From Candidatus Obscuribacteraceae bacterium (GTDB taxonomy: Bacteria > Cyanobacteriota > Vampirovibrionia > Obscuribacterales > Obscuribacteraceae): a stretch of 64,000 nucleotides of DNA. A model generated the notes under the pieces. That model saw only the letters and a program-made list of their open reading frames with translations. It made no database searches and was not told where the DNA came from. This document shows, in pieces, positions 29,043 to 39,741 of the stretch. Within the stretch, counting starts at the first letter, position 1, and every line of letters starts with the position of its first letter. The DNA is taken from positions 128,001-192,000 of the forward strand of contig JBGAHS010000011.1 of the NCBI GenBank assembly GCA_044226015.1. The letters run 5' to 3'. Both the position numbers and the translations under genes were made by a program.

Positions 29043-32000
29043 CTAAAGACTGGACAAACAGGTCAAATTTTTCGATTTTGGAATTTGCTTGAATTGTTCA
29101 CTGCGACCGCGGGTTTGAAGTCCGGCAACTGTTGTCTTGAGCAAATGATGAGAGAATTTCTTGGCATTTGGATGCTTAGAATTCACCAGTTGTTTCAGAG
29201 GCTGCACAACTTTTAGAGCAAGCGGAACATAAAACTCGGAACTAAAGGCGCTCAGCTCAGAATCTAGCTCAAGTTTTGTGATTCCACGATACGCAAAGAG
29301 TTGTGCTGGGTTGAGATGCTCAAACTCAGCAGACTTCTCAGAACTGAGTAAGACACTACTTCCAGGGAAGAGATGGAACTCGTGATTCCTTGTACTGACC
29401 TTCACAGCAGCTCTGTGCGTATCATCCAGATCATATACCGCGACTCCATTTGAGAAGTTGAGTACCAAAACCATTGAACCCGCGGAAATATGAATGACAC
29501 CATATGGAGTATTAATAGTCTTGTCCGAATCAGCAACCACAAAAACTGACTTACTCACATGGTTCGCCAAACTAATGGCACCGTATTCTGTGAGCGCAAC
29601 AGGACGAAGCCCTTGCTGTTTGCTTTCAGGCTTAATACCAAATTCCAACTGGGTAATTAGTTCTGCCGGAATTTCTCCATTTACCAGCTCAGTCTCAGTG
29701 ACATATTGAGGTTGATTCGAGGAAGCAATGGATGCTGCTGATTGTGAATATATACCGCTTTTTAGAGTTGAAATGCCAGGACTCGCAGTCAAAGTAGGGC
29801 TAATCGCAAGAGGCGGAGTAGCCAGCAAGTGCCTAAATGGGCTTGCACTTATCGTCCCACCGGCACCTGAATAAGTTAAGGTGTTTGCTCCAATCGAGAG
29901 AGAATTTCCAGACATTCCGCCGCCAATGATCAGACCTCCACCGCTAGCGACGATACTCCTGCTGCCCTGTGAAGATGCTTCCAGTGTATCTGAATTTCCT
30001 TGCTCAGAAGGAGGAGCTGAGCCCAGTGCTGAAGAAACGGGAGGAGCTGTGGGAGACACGCTGACTGGTGGGTCAGCCATAATGAGAGTATGAGCACCTG
30101 TAGGTGTGCCACCATTGACGGTGATAGCTGAGCTTGGTCTAGCTCCTGTATTGAACTCAACTGAGACCGCGCCAACAATGGTCATGTCAACACGGGTTGG
30201 ATTGACTACCTTAATTCCGTTGCTGCCGAAAAGGAAATTTGGATCTCCAGGCGGATTGTAGTTCACACCCGCTGGCGCCGTCCCTTGTACACCAGACGAG
30301 CCACCTATAAGAATTTGGACACTGCCACCCCCGATCCCATTCGTCGTAATCTGCGAACCAGCGCCAATCACAATGTTGCCTTTGGCCGTGTCTAGATTCA
30401 ATAGCTTGAGCCCACCGCCAAATACTGTGAGGTTGGCGCCAGGTGCTGTACTCAGGGTTCCCTTAGAACTAATGTTCATGTCGCCTGATGAAGCGACAAT
30501 TACATCATGAAGGGTCAGTGAGCCGGGGGTGCTGAGAGTAAATGCGCTAAGTGAAGAGGAGTTATTCAAATTAAGAGGACTGACGCTCTTGTTACTCACA
30601 TTCACTTCGCCTTGTGAGGCGAGTGTGAGATTCGTTGTATTTACACTGATAGCACCACCAACAATCGAACCAAACCCAGCGAAGGAATACACATCAAGGG
30701 ATTTGGATATTACAGTATTCCCCTGGAAGTCAACTGCTGCTCCGATATTCGCAGCAGTCAATTTGACCAGATTCGTCACTCCAGCTTTCCCTGCTCCCTG
30801 CTGCAACGTAATGTTACCGTTATCACTCAGCAAAAAGAGACTGCTGACGTTGTCCATTGCACCATTAGTGGTGATGCTATTGGTACTACTCACTGCCAAT
30901 GACTTCATCGAGGTACCTAGGACAAAGATCGATGTCCCAGCCGATGAGCTGTTTAAAGCATTAACCAGCCCTTTGGTTGAAGTCTTTAAGACAGAACTGT
31001 TGATCGCAAACCCTGTGCTCTTGTCGGTACCAGAACCGAAAGAATGCGAGGTGGTACTGCGCAAAGATATCGTACCGGTAGCTTGTACAAATCCACTTCC
31101 AAGAGTCTTGCTATCGGCCCCATTCGAATTCAGTGTAACACCAGCGGTAGAGGCAGTACCGATTTGCGTTTTGTCAGCAACGGTAATGCCTTTAGCGGTC
31201 ATCGTGATATTTGACCCACCAATGGTGCCGTTGGTTTGCACTGGTCCCGCACTAATCAAGCTGAATGTATCCACCGAAGCAGAACTTGACGCATTCAGTT
31301 TCACGACAGTGGTGCCGGTATTCTGCACATTTACAAAGGCATTGGTTGAATTCAAAGTAAGACTCGTACCCGCATTTACTTTCAGCGGCGTTACGTTGTC
31401 GCCGATGGCGCCTGTTCTACTGACAGTAATGTTGTTGCCACTCAATGTAGTGATGGGGTCGTTTGAGGAACCGAAAACACTTAGATTTCCATTACCAACC
31501 GTTTTTGACGTAGTAGATAATGCAATTGACTTGTTTCCATTCATGGCTCCCGAAACCTGAACGCTGTTAAGTGCGGAAACCTTCACAGTGTCGGGCGCCT
31601 TGCTTGCTCCTATAGTGACGAGTGATACATCGCCTTTAGCCACAGTAACATTTATCGCTTTTGTGGCGCTCAAATCCGCGTTGCCGGTAGCGCTTACAGA
31701 CGCTCCTGTATTGCTAGCAGTTAGATTTACTGTACCTCCGTTCAGATTGCTACTGATCTGAATTTTCTGATTGGCTCCAGTGACCGTTTCGGTCAAGGTT
31801 CCAGTCGGAAGAACTGTTATTCCTTCGCCTTTTGCACCACCATTGTTATCAATACCATTAGCAGCTAACACGGTAAACGATTTAGGCTGGATATTCACCC
31901 CGACAGAACCAAGGCTAACTTTACCGAGGCTAGCTGTGACGGAAACAGAATTACCGGAACTCAGATCAGATTGGAATACGAGGACATCACCCTTACTAGA

Positions 32001-35000
32001 CGTCACAGAGAGCGCGCCGCTTGTCGATTGGGCGTTTGCCACAAGGGTCAAATCCTTGCTTGAGGTCAACATCAACAGAGCACCTGACGAAAGACGACCG
32101 AGCAAGGTCATCGTGTTGCCCGCTGTGACCTTCAAATTAGTCTTCGCGTTTAACAGCCCTGGCGCGGTCGAGTCAACGGTACCGCTATTTGCGACTGTGA
32201 CAGCACCAGCTGCGCTCTGAACTGAAGCATTGATTGTAAGTGCATTGCTCGCCGATGTTGATGTTGATTTGATAGTGATATCTTTGCTGGCAGTCACGGC
32301 TAAGCTAACATTGATAGCACCAGGTGTATTCACTGTGATCGTGCCTGCCGAAGAATTGACACCAGCAAGATCAAACAGCTGAGGCGTCACGCTCTTGCCT
32401 ACATAGCCAGTCAAAGTGATATTGCCTTTAGCAGAGGCGGTTACATTTGCCTGCGTGCCTACGTCAACTTTGGAAAGCGTCACAGTTCCAGCAGAGCTAC
32501 TGCCACTGATGGCAGCCGACTGTAGTATGCCTGATGCATTTACCCCAGTAGCTCCAATTAAATTTATGATGTTGGTTTTGCCGAAAGCGCCCAAATTCGC
32601 TGAGACAGTAACTGACCCAGTCTTTGTTTTGGCGGTGAATGATGAAACGTTAGGCAGAACCTGAGACATCACCACATTGCCACCGGCGTTGTTTAACACG
32701 ACCGTCCCTTCTGTTACTCCAGACTTTCCAGCAGAAACAGAAATCGTGCCTTGAACACCGTTGACCGCTGTTTTCGAATTGACTGTGAAAGGCGTCTTGC
32801 TGTTGGAATTCAGCTCAAGATAGCCACCGTTGCCGCCATCTATACCGTCCAGATTCAGAGCACCCTTGATCTGCAGATTGCCACCAGCAGCGAGTGTTAG
32901 GCTTCCTCCCTTTCCACTTGACACTGGTGAGACATTAGCGGACGAGGGAATAACAGTGAGAGCACCACCTGTAGTGACAATAATTGTTCCACCATCACCA
33001 CCTCCCTTGCCTGCAGTGGCACTCAGGTCGAAGTTGCCTGTAGGACCAATTGATTGCGCTAGAGTAGTCGTCTGTACAATAGAAATCAGACCACCAGCGC
33101 CTGTGTCGCTGCTTCCACCGCCACCACCTGGCGCGGATAGTTTAAGTGTCGCAGAAGAACCTAAAACTTGTGAGCCAGATAGGTAGAGCTTTCCTCCAGC
33201 TCCAATGGAACTAGCCCCATAACTTAATGCTGATGGCTCTACAACTAATTTTCCACCAGTACTTATCTTTATGGTACCGCCGTCTCCTGTCAAGAGACTA
33301 AAGGACCTTGCGGATATAGACGATATCTGATCAAATTTGAAATCAGCTGATTGTCCTGATTTGATTTCTATGCTTCCGCCACTTCCGATGGCGTTACCCA
33401 CAGCGCTGTCGGCGGTCAAAGTGGTTAAGCCAGCAAAATTTATGGTAGCACCCTGCAATAGCATTGACCCGCCGGCACCGCTAACCGGCAAGGAGAGAGA
33501 GAATGCGGTGGAAGACACAGAGTAAGAGGTCTTGGTCAAATTCAAAGCTTTAGCAGAAACGACCTTCATGGTGCCACCATCTCCACTAGAGCTGCCACCA
33601 GTTACTTTTGCTCCCGCAAAGTCCAAATCTCCAGCTACATTTATGTTGACCTCGCCACCGTTTCCATTTTGAGCAGCAGATGCATTCAAAATGAGCCCGT
33701 CATTGGCAATTCTTGTGTTGCTGTTTCCATCGGTTAGAGTGATGAATATTTTGCCGCCATTGCCAGCCGCAGCAGCGGACTGAGCACTTGCACTCAAGGT
33801 AAAAGGCTGGCTTGAATTCTTACCCACCCAGGTCATCGTTCCCGTCTTTATATCTATAGAGCCACCATTACCATTACCAATGGCATCAACTTGCAGACCA
33901 GTCCCAGAGGAGAAGTCCACCGCCTTCGAAGAATAAAGGGCTATAGTTCCGCCACCCGCATTGGGACCAGTTCCTGTAACATTAATGCCAGACGGATCTA
34001 CACTCAATACAGAATTTGTGCCGCTTCGAACGTCGATGGTGACCGAACCTAACCCCGTGTCTCCGGTAGCACTGAGCAGCAAACTACCAGCACTGGGACC
34101 AACAGTGAGATCTTTTGCTGAGTTGATCACAATAGCGCCGGCGTTGTTAGCGCCATTAGCGGCCACTGAGAGGTAGCTAGCTGCGTTACCCAGTTCAAAT
34201 CCATTTGCCGCTGTCAGAGTGACGACTCCCGCATTATTTAATGCATCTTGCTTCGATGAAATAGCATTGTCAGTGACAGAAATCACATCAGCGGTGAGCG
34301 TAATATCTTTTGCCGCCAGCGAACTTCCAGTGACAGTTAGCTTACTCACTCCTGAGTTCAGGTCAATGGCAGCAGCCTTCACTGTCGTAGATAAAGTCAT
34401 CGGCACATCCGAACGCACCTGATAGGTGGCTCCAGCACCGCTTGAAACAACATTGCCATCAAGTACGGCATCTACAAGAGTTACGGAATTTGTCGAGATA
34501 TCACTTTTCGCCCAGACCGATCCAGACGATGCCTGGAGTGCAAGCTTGCCGCTCGTAAGAACAACTGGGTGACCGGAATCAGCTCCTATGTTCCCTCCGT
34601 TAATCGAAATGTCGATTTCATCAGCTTGAATTTTTCCGCCTGAAGTGACGAATGTATCGGAAGCAAAAATACCAATCTGCTTGGTGGTGTTGTCTCCAGC
34701 GCCAGCAGCGAGAGATATGCCTCCGGATGAGCTCAATACTATCGTCTGCGCAATAACTGGTGTGTCAGTTTTACGATTTAGCAGATTTTGATTTGGTGCA
34801 GCTAAGAAGAAATCACCACTGGCTTTATTGGTGTAGCCCTGTCCACCTACACTCGCATCAGCAAGCGTAATGTCACCACCAGCATGTGTGTCAATTAAAT
34901 AGGCACTTTTTGCCGAAGCAGTGATTGCACTGGCATCAAAAGTGAAGCGCGCAGCTTGAGTGCCTATGTCACCCGAAGTACTGATGACGAGATTCGCAGT

Positions 35001-38000
35001 TGAAACCACTGTTGGGAAATCAGAAACGAGCAGGTCGCCAACAGAAATCAAGGCAATTGAATTGCTTCCACTTACGGTCACCAGGTTATTGCTGGTACCA
35101 AGCTGGGTGGACGACTGCAGCAACACATCACTAGCAGACAGCGCTGCGGATACGATCAATTTGTCAGCACCAGCCAGTTTATCAGCAACAAAATGGAAGT
35201 CAGCAGCGGCAGAGTTATGGTCATAGCCGACACCATCAACAGAACTGTTTCGTAGCGTAATGCTTCCTTTATCCCAGGAGTTGACCAGGTAGACCGAGCC
35301 TTTATCAGCATTCGCAGAAATAAATGGTGCATAGACGTTCAGCGGTGAAAGCGCACTGCCAATACTAGACCCGGTGCTGATCAGAATTAAATGCTGTGGG
35401 AACGACGCGACACTATCAACCGCAGACACCGTTTTCTGCGTGATGGGACTAGCCGACATCAAAGCAATTGAGTCACCAGGGGTAACTGTTCCTTGTATGT
35501 TGATGCTGCCAAACACTGAAATGAATTCAACGTTTCTGGCGGAGATAGTAGCGTTCGAATTAACGAATAGTTCTTCACCCAGATCTTTAAGCCTCACAAG
35601 CCCGTTGGGTGCGCTTATGGCGGTACCGGTCTGGTCCAAAACGATCGATTTTCCAGTAAGGTTCAACTCACCGAATGCATCACCAACAAGAGTCAAAGAG
35701 CCCGGACCAATTTGCAGCGGAGCATTCGCCGCTGACAAAGTGATATTTCCGGACGGCATAGCGGGTCCGCCAGCAACTTGAATGTTGGATGGAGACAGAA
35801 GGTTGATTCCTCCGGTGCCGTTGTTTACGACGGTGACGCTGCCACCATTTCCATTCTTCGAAGTAGCGATTAGATTTCCATTAATTGAGTTAAGTCCTGT
35901 AGCGCCAATATCGAAAGATGTGGTGCTATTCGTTGTAATCGAAATGGAGCCAGCAGTTCCAAAATCGGTCGATACGTTTAAGTCACCAGTGATTGATATG
36001 TTCGGAGCATCAAAGATTAAGCTGGCACCATGGCCTTTCGAACTGGCGTCAGCACTTATTCCTGAAGTGTCTATAGTCAGATCTGATTTTGATGTAACCG
36101 ATATCTTACCTGCACTACCAAATGTGCCACCAGCCGAAGCAGAAAGAGAAAGCTGACCGTTACCTGAACCAATCTGATAATTTGCGCTATCGCTGTTAAT
36201 CAAGATTGTTCCAGCATCAGACGTTGAGCCTCCGGCCCACACGAGTACATTGCTCGATGAAGTGACTTGAATATTGCTAGCTGTTAATTGAATTATGCCA
36301 CCAGATGTATTTCCATTGCCGTTAGAGGTGATCGAGCTTCCATCGGCAAAAGTCAATATCCCATTGGCGCTGACAAAAATTCGCCCTGATGGTCCAAGCG
36401 CAGAAGTTGGCGTGTTGAACAGAGAATTATTTAGAGTAATGTCACCAGATGCCTCAATGAAGATATCGCCAGCGCCCTCAATTTTCCCAGTCGATATGCT
36501 ACCGGAATTGGTTTTGCTAATCGGAATTACAACTCCAGTAAAAGTCCCGTTATCAACAACAAGCCCGGCGCTGGCCAAATCTCCAGTCGCGAGCCGAACC
36601 ACGCCCGAGCCCGTTTTACCTAAGCTTCGTGTATTTATGTCCCCAGCGATAATGGCGTTTCCATTGCCACCAGCATAAACAGTGACATCACCCGACTTCT
36701 TAGCAGAGCTGCTTGCAAAGGAATTTACCGGCCCCAGAGAAATTGTCCCATTACTATAGTCACTAGCTGCAAAAGCCCAAACTGTTACTGCTCCACCCGT
36801 AGTGAATATCGTCGAGGAGTTTGAGCTTAGATCGATGTTTCCACCGGTACTCGAAGCGCCGGAAATGTTAATCTTCGAGATTGTTGAGCCTGGTGTCATG
36901 GACACACCAGCAGCCAACAATACACTAGCTCCATCAGTGCCAGACCCTATGGTTACAGGAGCGTTCGATGATATGTTGCCACCTGCAAGCAACGCAGATG
37001 ACGCCTCCGTAGTCACGCTTCCATCTAGCTTGATATTACCAGCGGTGGCAACTTGAACAGGTCCGCTAACATTGATGGTCCCCACGCGGACGAGCCCCGG
37101 ACGGAAGCTCAGTGGCATAAAGCTACCAGAGCCGGGCTGTACGGTTCCATCGATTACACTGATATTGCTTCCTTGTATAGTGGGTGTTGCGGAGTAAAGG
37201 TAGACAGTGCCACCCGGGGCTCCACTGTTGCTGCTCGAGTTAATGAGCCCTGAGAAAAGCCCGCTATTGCCGTTGACATCAGCTTTAGCCCCCGCTATGA
37301 CGCGAACATTACCATTCGCTTCTCCTGCAGTACCAGCAATACTTAGAGAACCGAAATTGACAGTACCTTTGCTGTCGTCATCTCCAGCATAAGCAATTAG
37401 AGTGACATCGCCACCGGGTAGAGCTGGAACAGCCGGTGAAGTGAATGCTCCCAAGGTCATCGTAAGGTTGCCGCCACTACTGCTTCCTTTGTTTGTGCCG
37501 GATCCGTTAGCGATGGTAACGAGAGTCACCGAATCAGGATCACTACCACTGTTTCCAGATGAAACCAGCGAGGAAGATAATTTGGCTCCTGCCACGACAA
37601 GTAGATCGCCGCCCGAAGTATCAATTGGAGCATTTATTGTAACGTCTCCAGACGCAAGAATAGCAAGGTCAGCTCCAGAAGTGGTGATGGGTGGACCAGA
37701 CAGCGTCACGTTTCCAGCAGTGTTGAAGTAAGTGGGGTCATGACTCACATTAATTTCGCCAAGCACCAGATTCGGTGTCGCAGCGCCTACGTGAGCATTG
37801 CACGCAGTAACGTTCACCACGCCAGTTACATCATCAACAGCAACATCAACGTTCCCTTTGCCAGAGAAAAAATTCAATTGCTTGGAGTCGAAGTTTCCAC
37901 CAGTTACAACAACGCTGCCATTTCCGACATAATCGTTGCTACGGAAATTGATATTCTCAGCGGCACGCAAGGTACCGTTTATGTTGTTAAGCAAAATCGA

Positions 38001-38696
38001 TTGCTCCGGCAAAGAAGCATTGATGTTGATGTTTCCAGTGCCAGAGCTGATTAGAGCTGCGTTATTGATAGTGGGGCTGAAGAGATTCACATTAGCACTC
38101 GCCGTTATACCCGCAGAGCCCGCAAGATTGCTGATGGAGTTAGCAGCGCTCATCGTAAGATTACCGGCGCTGCGGATAGCGCCAGCATTCACTATGTTGG
38201 AACTTGCACTAATGTTCAGATTCAAGTTATCTAGCGAAGCGATCATTCCGCCAGGATTGACCTTAACGTTTGCAGCAACGAGATTAGCTGCGCCAACGAG
38301 TGGATCCGTCGTTCTAAACAACAAGCGTCCAGATGCCGTAAGGTTTCCGAGTACGTTCAAATTAGCGTTGGCTGCGGTCACGAAATCAACGACAGTTACA
38401 CCGCGAGGAATGTTGAGATTGCCACTAATCGGCAACGTACCACTCAACTGGAACGACCTGGCTCCGGAGTTCAAGACCTGCCCGATTTGAGAACTCGTCA
38501 TCCCATCGGTTTTCAGCACGTTGTGCGAAGCAGGAAGCCGGCTTGCCTGAACTCCATGAAATGGAGCCAATGTTTGAGGCGCCCCCGGCACACTCTGTGC
38601 AGATGCAGCCAGAGACTGAGTCAGTAAGAGACCTAAGGCAATGCTCGATGTCTGCGCAGACTTCGTTGACTTGCTAACTTTGCGTCCTAACTGCAT
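29043..38696 (-). CDS. Giant exoprotein 3 (3217 aa), beta-solenoid adhesin-like
   Basis: GGAG RBS; signal peptide ...SIALGLLLTQSLAASA; GNGGxIxI repeats; shared N/C modules. Confidence 0.85.
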   Translation of the reverse strand: MQLGRKVSKSTKSAQTSSIALGLLLTQSLAASAQSVPGAPQTLAPFHGVQASRLPASHNVLKTDGMTSSQIGQVLNSGARSFQLSGTLPISGNLNIPRGVTVVDFVTAANANLNVLGNLTASGRLLFRTTDPLVGAANLVAANVKVNPGGMIASLDNLNLNISASSNIVNAGAIRSAGNLTMSAANSISNLAGSAGITASANVNLFSPTINNAALISSGTGNININASLPEQSILLNNINGTLRAAENINFRSNDYVGNGSVVVTGGNFDSKQLNFFSGKGNVDVAVDDVTGVVNVTACNAHVGAATPNLVLGEINVSHDPTYFNTAGNVTLSGPPITTSGADLAILASGDVTINAPIDTSGGDLLVVAGAKLSSSLVSSGNSGSDPDSVTLVTIANGSGTNKGSSSGGNLTMTLGAFTSPAVPALPGGDVTLIAYAGDDDSKGTVNFGSLSIAGTAGEANGNVRVIAGAKADVNGNSGLFSGLINSSSNSGAPGGTVYLYSATPTIQGSNISVIDGTVQPGSGSFMPLSFRPGLVRVGTINVSGPVQVATAGNIKLDGSVTTEASSALLAGGNISSNAPVTIGSGTDGASVLLAAGVSMTPGSTISKINISGASSTGGNIDLSSNSSTIFTTGGAVTVWAFAASDYSNGTISLGPVNSFASSSAKKSGDVTVYAGGNGNAIIAGDINTRSLGKTGSGVVRLATGDLASAGLVVDNGTFTGVVIPISKTNSGSISTGKIEGAGDIFIEASGDITLNNSLFNTPTSALGPSGRIFVSANGILTFADGSSITSNGNGNTSGGIIQLTASNIQVTSSSNVLVWAGGSTSDAGTILINSDSANYQIGSGNGQLSLSASAGGTFGSAGKISVTSKSDLTIDTSGISADASSKGHGASLIFDAPNISITGDLNVSTDFGTAGSISITTNSTTSFDIGATGLNSINGNLIATSKNGNGGSVTVVNNGTGGINLLSPSNIQVAGGPAMPSGNITLSAANAPLQIGPGSLTLVGDAFGELNLTGKSIVLDQTGTAISAPNGLVRLKDLGEELFVNSNATISARNVEFISVFGSINIQGTVTPGDSIALMSASPITQKTVSAVDSVASFPQHLILISTGSSIGSALSPLNVYAPFISANADKGSVYLVNSWDKGSITLRNSSVDGVGYDHNSAAADFHFVADKLAGADKLIVSAALSASDVLLQSSTQLGTSNNLVTVSGSNSIALISVGDLLVSDFPTVVSTANLVISTSGDIGTQAARFTFDASAITASAKSAYLIDTHAGGDITLADASVGGQGYTNKASGDFFLAAPNQNLLNRKTDTPVIAQTIVLSSSGGISLAAGAGDNTTKQIGIFASDTFVTSGGKIQADEIDISINGGNIGADSGHPVVLTSGKLALQASSGSVWAKSDISTNSVTLVDAVLDGNVVSSGAGATYQVRSDVPMTLSTTVKAAAIDLNSGVSKLTVTGSSLAAKDITLTADVISVTDNAISSKQDALNNAGVVTLTAANGFELGNAASYLSVAANGANNAGAIVINSAKDLTVGPSAGSLLLSATGDTGLGSVTIDVRSGTNSVLSVDPSGINVTGTGPNAGGGTIALYSSKAVDFSSGTGLQVDAIGNGNGGSIDIKTGTMTWVGKNSSQPFTLSASAQSAAAAGNGGKIFITLTDGNSNTRIANDGLILNASAAQNGNGGEVNINVAGDLDFAGAKVTGGSSSGDGGTMKVVSAKALNLTKTSYSVSSTAFSLSLPVSGAGGSMLLQGATINFAGLTTLTADSAVGNAIGSGGSIEIKSGQSADFKFDQISSISARSFSLLTGDGGTIKISTGGKLVVEPSALSYGASSIGAGGKLYLSGSQVLGSSATLKLSAPGGGGGSSDTGAGGLISIVQTTTLAQSIGPTGNFDLSATAGKGGGDGGTIIVTTGGALTVIPSSANVSPVSSGKGGSLTLAAGGNLQIKGALNLDGIDGGNGGYLELNSNSKTPFTVNSKTAVNGVQGTISVSAGKSGVTEGTVVLNNAGGNVVMSQVLPNVSSFTAKTKTGSVTVSANLGAFGKTNIINLIGATGVNASGILQSAAISGSSSAGTVTLSKVDVGTQANVTASAKGNITLTGYVGKSVTPQLFDLAGVNSSAGTITVNTPGAINVSLAVTASKDITIKSTSTSASNALTINASVQSAAGAVTVANSGTVDSTAPGLLNAKTNLKVTAGNTMTLLGRLSSGALLMLTSSKDLTLVANAQSTSGALSVTSSKGDVLVFQSDLSSGNSVSVTASLGKVSLGSVGVNIQPKSFTVLAANGIDNNGGAKGEGITVLPTGTLTETVTGANQKIQISSNLNGGTVNLTASNTGASVSATGNADLSATKAINVTVAKGDVSLVTIGASKAPDTVKVSALNSVQVSGAMNGNKSIALSTTSKTVGNGNLSVFGSSNDPITTLSGNNITVSRTGAIGDNVTPLKVNAGTSLTLNSTNAFVNVQNTGTTVVKLNASSSASVDTFSLISAGPVQTNGTIGGSNITMTAKGITVADKTQIGTASTAGVTLNSNGADSKTLGSGFVQATGTISLRSTTSHSFGSGTDKSTGFAINSSVLKTSTKGLVNALNSSSAGTSIFVLGTSMKSLAVSSTNSITTNGAMDNVSSLFLLSDNGNITLQQGAGKAGVTNLVKLTAANIGAAVDFQGNTVISKSLDVYSFAGFGSIVGGAISVNTTNLTLASQGEVNVSNKSVSPLNLNNSSSLSAFTLSTPGSLTLHDVIVASSGDMNISSKGTLSTAPGANLTVFGGGLKLLNLDTAKGNIVIGAGSQITTNGIGGGSVQILIGGSSGVQGTAPAGVNYNPPGDPNFLFGSNGIKVVNPTRVDMTIVGAVSVEFNTGARPSSAITVNGGTPTGAHTLIMADPPVSVSPTAPPVSSALGSAPPSEQGNSDTLEASSQGSRSIVASGGGLIIGGGMSGNSLSIGANTLTYSGAGGTISASPFRHLLATPPLAISPTLTASPGISTLKSGIYSQSAASIASSNQPQYVTETELVNGEIPAELITQLEFGIKPESKQQGLRPVALTEYGAISLANHVSKSVFVVADSDKTINTPYGVIHISAGSMVLVLNFSNGVAVYDLDDTHRAAVKVSTRNHEFHLFPGSSVLLSSEKSAEFEHLNPAQLFAYRGITKLELDSELSAFSSEFYVPLALKVVQPLKQLVNSKHPNAKKFSHHLLKTTVAGLQTRGRSEQFKQIPKSKNLTCLSSL

Positions 38697-38943
38697 AGCG
38701 ATCTGTCTCCAAAAAAGATTAGTCTGGCAATCTTATAACAAGGGCTACAAAAAGGGTGATTTGATTAGTAAAACGCGCAACTTTTTTACGACAGAAATCA
38801 CAAATCAAAGACACTGAACGTTTTGATTGTAAGAGCGAAGAGCTAATATGAAGGCCAGCTCAGCTTCGATGTTTGTCCAGCTAAAATCAGGACTGCATTA
38901 GGATGCAAAACGCGTTGCGGCTGCGGGTAAAAGTTTCAGATGC

Positions 38944-39741
38944 TTACAGCTCTGGTATCAACGAAACGCCACGTGCATTCACAAGGAACTCAGTCTTACT
39001 GCTTGCGGCCTTCGAAAGCTCGTTATCGCTCAAATTCTTGACTGCGAATTCCGCTTTAAACGCAGCAGCAAAGCCTTTAAGCATCGCAGATTCTATCTCT
39101 TCCATAGAAACTGTGCGAGCAATTAGTTCGAAAAGATTCGCGTGGCGTTCAATTTTAGCATCAGCTGGCGAAGCGCCCAACAAATCGGACATAAGGCTCT
39201 GCTCTAAATTCAACGGAATTGATCCATGCTGTAGAACTGATTCCCGTCGCCTCAACTGCGCACTGCCGGCAAGTTTTCTGCCTTTGAAATGCAAATCAGC
39301 ATTTGTTGTTGCAAGAAAACAATCAGCCATGTTTCTGTAGGCTGAGTTACTTGAGCCCAATTCTGTTCGAACACCAAGAATTTCGAAGGCATTCTGCAGC
39401 CCCGCGCAAATTTGCTTGTATGCGGCGCTAACACTTGACTCAAGGATTCCGCACTTTCCATGCCCCTTGTGTGTTGCAACGAATGAGTAGGTTATGTCGT
39501 TCATATGCAAAACGGCACGCCCACCTGTTGGCCGGCGCACGACATCAATTCCCCTGTCATTGACTCTTTGAACTATTTCCGGCGCTATCTTCTGATTCTG
39601 ACCAATAGTCATACAAGCAGGATGGAACCCATAGAGCCGCAAGGTCGGAGTAGAATCTTCAGCCGCCTCAAGCAATCCAAGATCGACAGCCATATTACTA
39701 GCGCCATCGTGAATTGAATAGGGAATGAAACGCCAGCTCAT
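38944..39741 (-). CDS. Lipoate-protein ligase A / octanoyltransferase LipM family
   Basis: NMAVD, PTLRLY, VVRRPTGGRAVLH, GRKLAGSAQ, LQHGSI. Confidence 0.9.
   Translation of the reverse strand: MSWRFIPYSIHDGASNMAVDLGLLEAAEDSTPTLRLYGFHPACMTIGQNQKIAPEIVQRVNDRGIDVVRRPTGGRAVLHMNDITYSFVATHKGHGKCGILESSVSAAYKQICAGLQNAFEILGVRTELGSSNSAYRNMADCFLATTNADLHFKGRKLAGSAQLRRRESVLQHGSIPLNLEQSLMSDLLGASPADAKIERHANLFELIARTVSMEEIESAMLKGFAAAFKAEFAVKNLSDNELSKAASSKTEFLVNARGVSLIPEL

Noticed and set aside
9285..38490. Numerous + strand ORFs (60-343 aa) opposite the giant genes
   Set aside because: Antisense shadows of repetitive Gly/Ser/Asn/Thr codons; Pro/Leu-rich, with no RBS or motifs.
8722..38696. Calling the giants CdiA/TpsA toxins, RTX proteins or autotransporters
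   Set aside because: No NPNG TPS motif, VENN/polymorphic toxin tip with immunity gene, GGxGxDxL repeats or barrel-type C-terminus; the C-termini are conserved rather than polymorphic.
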